32,000 bases of DNA, from assembly GCF_000018105.1 (NCBI RefSeq), contig NC_009932.1, positions 90,001 to 122,000 of the forward strand, read 5' to 3'. Source of the DNA: Acaryochloris marina MBIC11017 (GTDB lineage Bacteria > Cyanobacteriota > Cyanobacteriia > Thermosynechococcales > Thermosynechococcaceae). Positions 8,190 to 15,519 of the stretch are shown in pieces (positions within the stretch are counted from its first letter, which is position 1; every line of letters begins with the position of its first letter). The position numbers and the translations under genes are program-made. Below the pieces are notes generated by a model, which was not told the DNA's origin, did not search any database, and saw only the letters and a list, made by a program, of their open reading frames with translations.

Positions 8190-10454
8190 ATGGTTTGTTG
8201 TCTCAACCCAGATTGTGAGAAGCCCCTGAATCAAGACTCGTCCAAGTTTTGTCAGTCTTGTGGCACGGAGCTAATACCATTACTTCGCCATCGATTCAAA
8301 ATCATCAAGCCGCTGGGTCGTGGAGGATTTGGGAAAACCTACTTAGCAGAAGATGCAGATAAGTTAAACGAAAAATGTGTGGTCAAACAGCTTGTATATC
8401 AAGCGCAAGGCTCCCATGCCAATAAGTTAGTGGTTGAGCTGTTTATGCGGGAAGCAGAACAGTTACAGCAGTTGTGGGAAAACCCTCAAATCCCCTCCTT
8501 ATTTGCTTATTTTGAGGAAGGAGGTTATTTATACCTTGTCCAGCAGTATGTAAAAGGTCAAGACCTTCTCAAGGAATTAAAAGAGCAAGGATGTTTCGAC
8601 GATCAAAAGATCCTTGCCTTATTGAAGGATCTACTACCTGTGTTTTCGGCGATTCACAGTCGCAAAGTGATTCACCGAGATATCAAGCCTGAGAACATCA
8701 TGCGCCGAGAGAATGATGGCAGGCTGATTCTGATTGATTTTGGGGTATCCAAACAACTCTCCAAGTCTATTGTGTCGATGGCCGGGACAATGGTGGGTTC
8801 TTTGGGCTATGCTGCCCCAGAACAGATGGAATCTGGCATTGCCCAACCTAATAGTGACTTATACAGCTTGGGGGCAAGCTGCTTTCATTTGATGACGGGG
8901 ATTAACCCTTGGAGTTTATGGCGGAAGCAGGGTTATGGTTGGTTAGCGGAATGGCGAAAACATTTGCAACAGCCCATCTGCTCTGAATTAGGAACCGTTC
9001 TAGATAAGCTTCTTCAATTAGAAGTCGAAGACCGCTACCAAAGTGCTGACGAAGTTCTAGCAGATTTAGACGGGGCTAAGGCCCAAGCAGAGGCTGAGCA
9101 ACTGCAGCGGTATGAGGCAGAGTTTAGTAATGCTGTGCAATCTGCCTATCCTTTGGAGGCCCATGTGCGAGACGGTCTCAAACAATTTCAGCAATCCTTG
9201 GGGTTAGCTGATGCTGAAGTGGATCAGATAGAACAGCCCATTCTCAAGCAAGCCGAAGCAAAACGACAAGAAAGAATCAAACAGCAAGCAGAAGTTCAAC
9301 GTCAAGCCCAACAAAAACAACACGAGAAAAAACTTAAGCAAGAAGCAGACCAGCGAGAAGAAAAAGCTGCCATACTCTCGACAAAAAACTTAGTCTCACA
9401 AACGCCTCGTTCTACCCGTAAAACTTTGATTAGTGTGGGCTTATTTGGATTGATTGTGGTGCCATTGAGCTTATATGGATTGTCCACCATCTCTCGTGAT
9501 CCAGATCCGATCCCAACTGTCTCATCTGACTTATCAACTACCTCAATCAACTTAAAAGGCTCTATAGCTATCGATGGTTCTAGCAGTGTTTTTCCCATTT
9601 CCGAAGTAATAGCTGAAGAATTTCAGTCTGTTAATAAGGATGTCAAGATTACAGTGGGTATTTCTGGAACTGGTGGGGGTTTCAAGAAATTCTGCTCTGG
9701 TGAAACTGAAATTAGTGATGCATCTCGCCCAATTAAGCAAAGAGAAATTGCTCTATGCGCTAAGAACAACATTGAGTACATTGAACTCCCGGTTGCCTAT
9801 GATGTGTTGTCTGTCGTTGTTCATAAAGACAATGATTGGGCTGACTGTATGACTACAAATGAGTTGAAAACTGCCTGGTCAAAGAGTGCTCAAGGCAATA
9901 TCAGTAAGTGGAATCAGGTCAATCCTAATTATCCAGATGTTCCTCTAACCCTGTACGGTCCAGGTACTGACTCAGGTACGTTTGATTATTTCAACGAAGC
10001 GATCACAGGTGAGGAAGGCAGCCGAGGCGATTTCGCCACCAGTGAAGACAACAACACCATTGTTCGGGGTGTTTCTGGTGATAAGAATGCGATGGGCTAT
10101 TTGGGCTATGTCTACTATGAGGAAAATAAAGATTCTCTCAAAGCGGTACAAATCGACGACGGTGACGGATGTATCGCTCCTAGCGATGAAACTATTTCGA
10201 AAGGGACCTATTCCCCACTAGCACGACCGATGTTTATTTATGTCAGCAAGGTTGCTATAGATCGCCCTGAAGTGAAGTCTTTTATCGAGTTCTATCTGAA
10301 TCCTAAAAACAGGCAACTCGTAGCTAATGTAGGTTACATCCCATTATCTGATGAGATTTATGCCAAAGCACTAGCCCGCTTTCAGGAAGGAAAAACGGGG
10401 ACTGTTTTTCCAAATGGGAAAACAAATAACGTTGAGCTAACTGACGTTCTCTAG
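8190..10454 (+). CDS. receptor-like Ser/Thr protein kinase: 4-Cys zinc-ribbon prefix, Hanks kinase, coiled coil, one TM helix, extracytoplasmic PstS-family (PBP-like 2) phosphate-binding domain
   Basis: The prefix is CLNPDCEKP...CQSCG. Kinase motifs are [25 protein letters not shown] and APEQ. The coiled coil is Q/E/K-rich. The TM helix is [22 protein letters not shown]. The C-terminal 300 aa carry PstS-like motifs [51 protein letters not shown]. Confidence 0.9.
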   Translation: MVCCLNPDCEKPLNQDSSKFCQSCGTELIPLLRHRFKIIKPLGRGGFGKTYLAEDADKLNEKCVVKQLVYQAQGSHANKLVVELFMREAEQLQQLWENPQIPSLFAYFEEGGYLYLVQQYVKGQDLLKELKEQGCFDDQKILALLKDLLPVFSAIHSRKVIHRDIKPENIMRRENDGRLILIDFGVSKQLSKSIVSMAGTMVGSLGYAAPEQMESGIAQPNSDLYSLGASCFHLMTGINPWSLWRKQGYGWLAEWRKHLQQPICSELGTVLDKLLQLEVEDRYQSADEVLADLDGAKAQAEAEQLQRYEAEFSNAVQSAYPLEAHVRDGLKQFQQSLGLADAEVDQIEQPILKQAEAKRQERIKQQAEVQRQAQQKQHEKKLKQEADQREEKAAILSTKNLVSQTPRSTRKTLISVGLFGLIVVPLSLYGLSTISRDPDPIPTVSSDLSTTSINLKGSIAIDGSSSVFPISEVIAEEFQSVNKDVKITVGISGTGGGFKKFCSGETEISDASRPIKQREIALCAKNNIEYIELPVAYDVLSVVVHKDNDWADCMTTNELKTAWSKSAQGNISKWNQVNPNYPDVPLTLYGPGTDSGTFDYFNEAITGEEGSRGDFATSEDNNTIVRGVSGDKNAMGYLGYVYYEENKDSLKAVQIDDGDGCIAPSDETISKGTYSPLARPMFIYVSKVAIDRPEVKSFIEFYLNPKNRQLVANVGYIPLSDEIYAKALARFQEGKTGTVFPNGKTNNVELTDVL

Positions 10455-10630
10455 CTACTAAACGCAAAACTTAAGGCTTTGAATTATTACTTGGCTCTGG
10501 CTCCACCTCCATTCTGGCTGACTGTTGAGCTAGACTGCTGGATTACGAAGGAAGCGATCCCCTTTGGATATTCAGCAAGATTTTTCTAGAGTGTTTGGGA
10601 TAGATTCCACCAAAGTCAACAGAAAAATCT

Positions 10631-10725
10631 TGTAGTACAAAAGTTTCAGATGCACTACAACTCTGTAGTGTAAAAGTTTCAAACGTGTGACAGTTTTGTA
10701 GTCAAAATACTGCAAACGTGCTACA
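10631..10725. repeat. three 29-bp palindrome-ended repeats at exactly 33-bp spacing (candidate centromere or operator upstream of parM)
   Basis: The units are TGTAGTACAAAAGTTTCAGATGCACTACA (10631-10659), TGTAGTGTAAAAGTTTCAAACGTGTGACA (10664-10692) and TGTAGTCAAAATACTGCAAACGTGCTACA (10697-10725). Each has a TGTAG...CTACA-type inverted end. Confidence 0.65.
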
Positions 10726-10872
10726 AAAAACTGAAGTAAAAAATCCCACTGCAAAATTATGCAGCCCCAAGTAGTGGCGAATAGGTGTATCCAGGTGGGA
10801 CTCCCCCTCAGACGTCCTTCAGCAACCTCTTGAACCCGTGCGCAGCGTGGGATTTGGCCGTTGGCGAGCAGC

Positions 10873-10912
10873 TCGACTGTAATCAACTGTATTCGACTGT
10901 AACTGACTGTAG
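10873..10912. repeat. four helically phased 10-bp iterons (ACTGTA core), candidate parC-type centromere
   Basis: The iterons are TCGACTGTAA TCAACTGTAT TCGACTGTAA CTGACTGTAG. The ACTGTA cores start at 10876, 10886, 10896 and 10906. The array lies 87 bp upstream of the parM-like start. Confidence 0.65.
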
Positions 10913-10937
10913 AAAACCGTAAAAAAACCGGGTTTTT

Positions 10938-11001
10938 GGTTTGCACCTCAGAGGTCATTCTGCCTACGTTTCTTGGGTAGGTCTCAGAGGACAAAAAAAT
11001 G
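10938..11001 (+). promoter_or_regulatory. conserved leader/operator-like block upstream of parM-like gene (copy 2 of 836..899)
   Basis: It sits at the same distance from the ATG as copy 1. It contains the inverted repeat CCTAC-N9-GTAGG (10963-10981) and possible -35/-10 hexamers TTGCAC / TACGTT. Confidence 0.5.
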
Positions 11002-12054
11002 GTTTACACCTTGACCGTTGCCGCTGACATGGGCTCAAGTTTGGGCAAGGGTTGCTACACGATTGATAAAGGGCCACCGAACGATGCCGAGGGATTCGTG
11101 GGCGGATTCCAGCGGGACACTCCTCGCAAAGGCTGGATTACTCAAGCCAATGCCGTTGACGAGGAAAAGCACCGGGACTTAACCCCAGATAGTTGCACCA
11201 TTGAAGTCAGAGGTAAAGCGTGGACCGTGGGTGAATCAGCCCGATACGCCCTCCATGAAACTCGTGTCAGAGCAGCCAAATCTAACACCGCATCCATCCG
11301 GGTCTTAGGAATGCTCGGCAAGATTATTGAACAAGAAGACTTCACTGAGGGCAGTTTGGATCTGCGGGTGTTGCTGCCCGTGGGCGAAAGGAAAACATTT
11401 AAGCAACTCGAAGCCAACCTGACGAAAGCCCTCTATGAAGTCAGACTCAATGGCGTTAAACCCAGCTTGCGGATTAATCGAGTGCGGGTTTATCCAGAAG
11501 GGGCGGGGGTTGCTCAACGGGTCACCGTCCCTGATGCCCTGGTGCTGATGTTTGGTCATAAAGACATCTCCATCGTGCCCGTGAGGAATCAAGTGATTCA
11601 AGCTCATGCCTGTCAGACCATTACGGGTATGGGCATGATTGCCCTGATTAATGAGTTTCCCTGCTACATCAATGATGAATTGCTTTTAGCTGAGTTCTTA
11701 CACTTAGAAGCCGTGGGCAAGGGGGGACTCAAGCGGCTCGTGGGTGAAGACAGCCTAGAGAAAGCTCGCATGAACTTTGAGCAGGCCAAGAAACGGACTT
11801 GGCGACGCATCCTGCAACAACTCATGCTAGAACCCAAGGTCAACACCGTGTCCAAAATCTATGTGACGGGTGGCTCGATGCGAGTCTGGTTGCCAGAGCT
11901 AAAAGCAATCTTTGGGGGTCGTCTAGCCTTTTTTGCTGACTCTTTGAAGTCGATGATTGCCGCCTATCCCGATATGCAAGAACCCAAGAACAAGGAAATC
12001 AAACCCCGGTTCACCGATTCATTCTTGCTGATGGAGGGTGCAACCCATGGGTAG
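10999..12054 (+). CDS. parM: ParM/StbA-like actin-fold plasmid segregation ATPase
   Basis: Actin-fold motifs are present: AADMGSSLGKG (phosphate-1, DxGxxxxK), VYPEGAGVAQ, and IYVTGGSMRVW (adenosine/GGG-like). The size is 351 aa. Iterons lie upstream and a small overlapping gene lies downstream. Confidence 0.7.
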   Translation: MVYTLTVAADMGSSLGKGCYTIDKGPPNDAEGFVGGFQRDTPRKGWITQANAVDEEKHRDLTPDSCTIEVRGKAWTVGESARYALHETRVRAAKSNTASIRVLGMLGKIIEQEDFTEGSLDLRVLLPVGERKTFKQLEANLTKALYEVRLNGVKPSLRINRVRVYPEGAGVAQRVTVPDALVLMFGHKDISIVPVRNQVIQAHACQTITGMGMIALINEFPCYINDELLLAEFLHLEAVGKGGLKRLVGEDSLEKARMNFEQAKKRTWRRILQQLMLEPKVNTVSKIYVTGGSMRVWLPELKAIFGGRLAFFADSLKSMIAAYPDMQEPKNKEIKPRFTDSFLLMEGATHG

Positions 12055-12460
12055 ACGGACAATGAAGATTCAGCTCCAGTACCCAGACCAATCCCTCAAT
12101 GGTCGGAGGTTAGAAGCCTTGCGAGGCTACTTTGGCGACAACTTGGAGCGGGTGATGATTCAAGCGATGTGGTCCGTTGTGGGGCCACTTGGATCAACCT
12201 TGGCTGACTTGCCAGAGAAAGAGGTTCAAGGTCATATCAATAGCGGCAAACTCACCATTAAAGGCTTTCACCAAGAAGCCTTGGACATGATCGGGGGTGG
12301 GGGAGTTACTCCTGAAGTGACCCCAGAGGTAACTGAAAAAGTGCCCCCAGCAGTTACCTCTGAAGTGACCCAGGAACAACCACCGTCTGCTGCCCAGGAA
12401 TCCGTTTATTCAGCATCTCCCCCAGAACAAAGCGGCGATCCACTGAACAATTTATTCTGA
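12038..12460 (+). CDS. candidate ParR-like centromere-binding adaptor (RHH-like N-terminus, repetitive P/E/V/T linker)
   Basis: It overlaps the parM-like stop by 17 nt; alternative starts are at 12047 and 12062. The N-terminus KIQLQYP..RRLEALRGYFGDNLERVMIQAMW fits a strand-helix-helix layout. The linker reads GGGGVTPEVTPEVTEKVPPAVTSEVTQE. The call rests mainly on position. Confidence 0.45.
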   Translation: MQPMGRRTMKIQLQYPDQSLNGRRLEALRGYFGDNLERVMIQAMWSVVGPLGSTLADLPEKEVQGHINSGKLTIKGFHQEALDMIGGGGVTPEVTPEVTEKVPPAVTSEVTQEQPPSAAQESVYSASPPEQSGDPLNNLF

Positions 12461-12523
12461 TTTGCTGCTGACGATGCAATCTGCCTATGTTCCCATTAAC
12501 GCTATTTAAAGAAGGACAACGAC

Positions 12524-13213
12524 ATGCATAACATTGGTGACATCCTCGAAATCCTGAAGACCTCCAAGGAACATCTAGAGCCGATGTTGGAGGCTTGCGG
12601 CTGGACAGACCAGACCGAATTCACAGATGAGCAGGCCGAAACCCTATTGGCAATGAAAGTTAGCCATGAGGAGAAAGGCCGAGACTATATTGAGGGCTAT
12701 ACGCGGAATATCGCTCATAACGTTGGCATAACAGGCACCCAATTTGACGAGATTCACCAGTGCATTATTGATGCCGGGGGGAGTTTGATTGACTACCGGG
12801 AGCGGTTTGAGGAGATTTGCCAACTGGTGAATGATTGTGTCTCTCCCGCTGAGGCCATCATTCCCCCTCAGCCCGTGGTCGAGGATACGCACCCAGTCGT
12901 TGAGGCCGAGGCTGATCCTGAATCAGTCCAGATGGATAGATTCATTGATGAGCAGGCGAACGCTGCCATTGCGACCACGATCTCTCAAATCAAAGGGTTT
13001 GCAGATCTGGCCTATGAGGAACAGGAACGGCTGAAGACTCTATTTATGACCAAGTATCGGCAGGGCTTAGCTAAGGAACTCCTCTCCGAGGAATTCAAAG
13101 CTGAATTTATGGCGCGGATGACCGCTAGCTTGGAGGGCAAAGGAGCTGAAAAAAAGCAGGGAGAACTCACTGGAGTACAGAACCCTACGCCATTGTTGTC
13201 CAGCAGCAACTAA
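12524..13213 (+). CDS. hypothetical acidic protein, 229 aa
   Basis: ORF with GAAGGA upstream of the ATG. It is strongly E/D-rich. No motif recognised. Confidence 0.55.
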   Translation: MHNIGDILEILKTSKEHLEPMLEACGWTDQTEFTDEQAETLLAMKVSHEEKGRDYIEGYTRNIAHNVGITGTQFDEIHQCIIDAGGSLIDYRERFEEICQLVNDCVSPAEAIIPPQPVVEDTHPVVEAEADPESVQMDRFIDEQANAAIATTISQIKGFADLAYEEQERLKTLFMTKYRQGLAKELLSEEFKAEFMARMTASLEGKGAEKKQGELTGVQNPTPLLSSSN

Positions 13214-13221
13214 CGGCCCGG

Positions 13222-13488
13222 ATGGATGGCCTGCTTGCGGAAAACGAGAAGGCTATCAAACAGCGCATTGTTGATTTAAAGCTCAAAGACAAGGAAATCA
13301 GTCAGCTTGAAAAGCTCCAGCGCATTAAGCGGACAGAGAGGGAAATTAAACGAGAAGGGACATGGTTCAAAATCGCGTTTATTGGCATCGGCATTCTCAT
13401 TGGTCTTCCCGTTGGGGTCTTCCTCAATCACTTAGCTGGGCAGAATGCGGCTGTGTCTTCGCCCATTGAGCAGGTTTCGGGGAAGTGA
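13222..13488 (+). CDS. hypothetical protein, 88 aa, coiled-coil N-terminus plus one TM helix
   Basis: KQRIVDLKLKDKEISQLEKLQRIKRTEREIKRE is followed by WFKIAFIGIGILIGLPVGVFL. The gene starts 8 nt after the previous stop. Confidence 0.5.
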   Translation: MDGLLAENEKAIKQRIVDLKLKDKEISQLEKLQRIKRTEREIKREGTWFKIAFIGIGILIGLPVGVFLNHLAGQNAAVSSPIEQVSGK

Positions 13489-13495
13489 TTTCGGG

Positions 13496-13597
13496 GGTGA
13501 TGTTGGGGATTGTGGTTGTTGCGATGGTCGAAGACCGCCCTTCGGGCATCGCAAACTCCAATACCAATCCCTGACATCACACCTACTAATTCACTCA
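13496..13597 (+). repeat. intergenic cassette copy C: long imperfect hairpin plus box 1
   Basis: The 5' arm GGTGATGTTGGGGATTGTGGTTGTTGCGATG pairs with the 3' arm CATCGCAAACTCCAATACCAATCCCTGACATCAC, with an apical GCCC-TTC-GGGC mini-hairpin. CACCTACTAATTCACTCA follows at 13580-13597. Confidence 0.65.
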
Positions 13598-13622
13598 GTC
13601 TTTCAACTTTTCAAAATCTCTA

Positions 13623-13786
13623 TGGATTTTGTGTTACCTATCTGATTCCCCACCTATCTACTCAATACCAATGCTCTAACTTTTCATTTTCTTTGTGGAT
13701 TTTGTATTACCTATCTGATTCCCCACCTATCTACTCAATACCAATGCTCTAACTTTTCATTTTCTTTGTGGATTTTGTATTACCTA
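13623..13786 (+). repeat. 73-bp tandem direct repeat, 2.25 copies
   Basis: The unit is TGGATTTTGT[G/A]TTACCTATCTGATTCCCCACCTATCTACTCAATACCAATGCTCTAACTTTTCATTTTCTTTG. Units start at 13623, 13696 and 13769. Copies 1 and 2 differ at one visible position, and the third copy is truncated at about 13786. Confidence 0.9.
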
Positions 13787-13803
13787 ACTATAGGGACTCA
13801 GCT

Positions 13804-13890
13804 ATGAAAGTAACTCTAGACCAACCAGAACAAGAACTTGAAACCATCGCCCGAATGCTGACGGAAAACTACATTATGGAGGTTATCTAA
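13804..13890 (+). CDS. micro-ORF, 28 aa, acidic (MKVTLDQPEQELETIARMLTENYIMEVI)
   Basis: Hand translation. GGGA lies about 9 nt upstream. Its stop overlaps the start of the next micro-ORF (TAATG). Confidence 0.35.
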   Translation: MKVTLDQPEQELETIARMLTENYIMEVI

Positions 13891-14000
13891 TGAAAGGCCG
13901 TCTGATTGTTCTTCTGATCCTGATTACCCCCTTACTGATCCTCGCAGGCTCCATTGGTTGGGTCTTAGGGATTAGTGCCTGGATTTTGATACTGAAGTGA
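13890..14000 (+). CDS. micro-ORF, 36 aa, single-TM hydrophobic peptide (MKGRLIVLLILITPLLILAGSIGWVLGISAWILILK)
   Basis: Hand translation. Its ATG overlaps the TAA of the upstream micro-ORF. It has a basic N-terminus, a 30-residue hydrophobic core and a terminal Lys. Confidence 0.4.
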   Translation: MKGRLIVLLILITPLLILAGSIGWVLGISAWILILK

Positions 14001-14058
14001 GGTACTCCCATTCCCTCAGCGACCAAGCCACTTGATCAGGGTTGAAGGCACCCTAGCA

Positions 14059-14174
14059 TTTCATTTTCCAGGCAGATTCTGTATTGCCTAGATGTGATGA
14101 CATACGGTTGGTCGCAGACCATCGCAACTCCAATACCCATCTCCAATACCAACCTCCAGACTTCACACCTAACC
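14059..14174 (+). repeat. intergenic cassette copy D (box 2 first, then duplicated CCAATACC arm, then a box 1-like sequence)
   Basis: TTTCATTTTCCAGGCAGATTCTGTATTGCCTA lies at 14059-14090. ATCGCAACTCCAATACCC and ATCTCCAATACCAACC lie at 14121-14154. CACACCTAACC lies at 14164-14174. Confidence 0.5.
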
Positions 14175-14253
14175 AAATAAAACGACCCCTTAGCTCTTCC
14201 AGTCCAAGAGGTCGTTACCAATCCTTTCCCTAAATTATAACGAGGTCACCAGC

Positions 14254-14478
14254 ATGACGACTAACCCCTATTTTGGCCACTTCGAGCAAGCCTGGATAGA
14301 CCACCAGACCGACTACGGCCAGCACCCAGATCCATGCAAGGAATTCCCACCAGACCAGATCCTAGACCGGGTTGCGTCCTGGTTGAGTGAGTTCAATCCG
14401 CTGATACCACCTGAGTCTCAGCTATCTAAGGCTATCCGGGTGGGCATTGTCCACCGATTTTATGGGTGGCAGCTATGA
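14254..14478 (+). CDS. hypothetical protein, 74 aa
   Basis: ORF with GAGG upstream. Its stop overlaps the next gene's ATG (ATGA at 14475-14478), which suggests translational coupling. Confidence 0.5.
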   Translation: MTTNPYFGHFEQAWIDHQTDYGQHPDPCKEFPPDQILDRVASWLSEFNPLIPPESQLSKAIRVGIVHRFYGWQL

Positions 14479-15380
14479 CAAATACTCAAAACCATGATGA
14501 ATCTCCGGGTTGGGAGTGGGAGAGTTTAGCGATTGCATGTTTTATTGTCATCGCCATCTCAACCCTGGTAGGACTCATCGCTTTACCTAAAAAAGAAAGA
14601 GAAAACCTTTCTTGGTCCTTTTGGGCACTTACGATTCCATTTACGATATCTTTTTCTGTGGTTGGGTGCTGGTTGTTGAAACCTCGCGAAGGTTGTCCCC
14701 TGGAAGATAAAAAGCCCAACAGTGTAACTGGCAATTCTGAAGCCAGACGAGGGGCCAGAGCTGACGATCCGCAGGTGCATACTCATGCCATTCTGGATAC
14801 CTCGTTTGATGAAAAGCTTGCTATCGTCACCAAAGATGTAGCTGAAATCGCTCAACGAGTGGGAGCGCTGGACATGGCTCTAGTAAAGCGGGTCAGGCCA
14901 TTACAGACTAAAGCTACAACAGTAAGGGAAAAAGAACAGCAAGCTAGAACTGCCCTAATTGCAAGGCTGAGTGATTTGGGTACGGAGACTAGCCCCATAG
15001 ATGCTTTGCAGGGGGCTATCCAGATTTGCTCCGATGCTCGGCTGTGGGAGCATCCAGCAAGGATTGCAACAGTTCACATTGACACACAGCGGTTTTACAA
15101 CGAGGGGAAGATCTGGCCCACTATTCGAGACAATCATATCGTTTGGAGTCTTGACCCTGATCATGATCCACCAGACGAAACAGATGAAATTGAGCAAACG
15201 CTTTTCCGTCCCTTTCGTTGCTGCTCCCGGTGCAAATATATTGGCAAGTATTACGATTGCTGCGCGGTTGTGCCCTTCGATTGTGGCACGGGTAACCCAT
15301 CTGAGCAATGCCGGGAATTTGAGTGTGAGGACGGTGGTACTCCAATTCCTGAGCTAACGATTGATGACGTGCCGTTTTGA
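14475..15380 (+). CDS. hypothetical membrane protein: two N-terminal TM helices, a relaxase His-triad-like patch, and a Cys-rich C-terminal module
   Basis: The TM helices are LAIACFIVIAISTLVGLIAL and FWALTIPFTISFSVVGCWLL. The patch is EARRGARADDPQVHTHAILD. Nine Cys occur in CCSRCKYIGKYYDCCAVVPFDCGTGNPSEQCREFEC. The ORF track starts at GTG 14466, but ATG 14475 is coupled to the upstream stop. Confidence 0.6.
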   Translation: MTNTQNHDESPGWEWESLAIACFIVIAISTLVGLIALPKKERENLSWSFWALTIPFTISFSVVGCWLLKPREGCPLEDKKPNSVTGNSEARRGARADDPQVHTHAILDTSFDEKLAIVTKDVAEIAQRVGALDMALVKRVRPLQTKATTVREKEQQARTALIARLSDLGTETSPIDALQGAIQICSDARLWEHPARIATVHIDTQRFYNEGKIWPTIRDNHIVWSLDPDHDPPDETDEIEQTLFRPFRCCSRCKYIGKYYDCCAVVPFDCGTGNPSEQCREFECEDGGTPIPELTIDDVPF

Positions 15381-15458
15381 GTATTGGGGTTCGTACTGTG
15401 GCAATGAAATCGCAAACTCCAATACCAACTCCCGACATTGCACCTATTAATGCATCCA
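15381..15458 (+). repeat. intergenic cassette copy A: hairpin plus box 1
   Basis: GTATTGGGGTT (15381-15391) pairs with AACTCCAATAC (15415-15425). CACCTATTAATGCATCCA lies at 15441-15458. The cassette begins 1 nt after the stop of the upstream gene. Confidence 0.6.
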
Positions 15459-15519
15459 ATCTCTAACTTTCTGTTTTTCGACGAATAAAGTAAATCTTGC
15501 AAACTTACAGGTCAAATCA

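Noticed and set aside
10572-10994. 140-aa minus-strand ORF upstream of the parM-like gene
   Set aside because: It runs straight through the 33-bp and 10-bp repeat arrays and the conserved leader. Its sequence is repeat-derived (LKLLHYRVVVHLKLLYYK...). It is more parsimoniously non-coding centromere or promoter DNA.
13623-13786. Possibility that the tandem repeats are a CRISPR array
   Set aside because: The units are 73 bp and directly abutting, with no unique spacers. There are no cas genes and the repeats lack a CRISPR-like palindromic core.
14036-14221. 61-aa minus-strand ORF
   Set aside because: It lies entirely within cassette copy D (box 2 and CCAATACC arms) and has no start context, so it is probably spurious.
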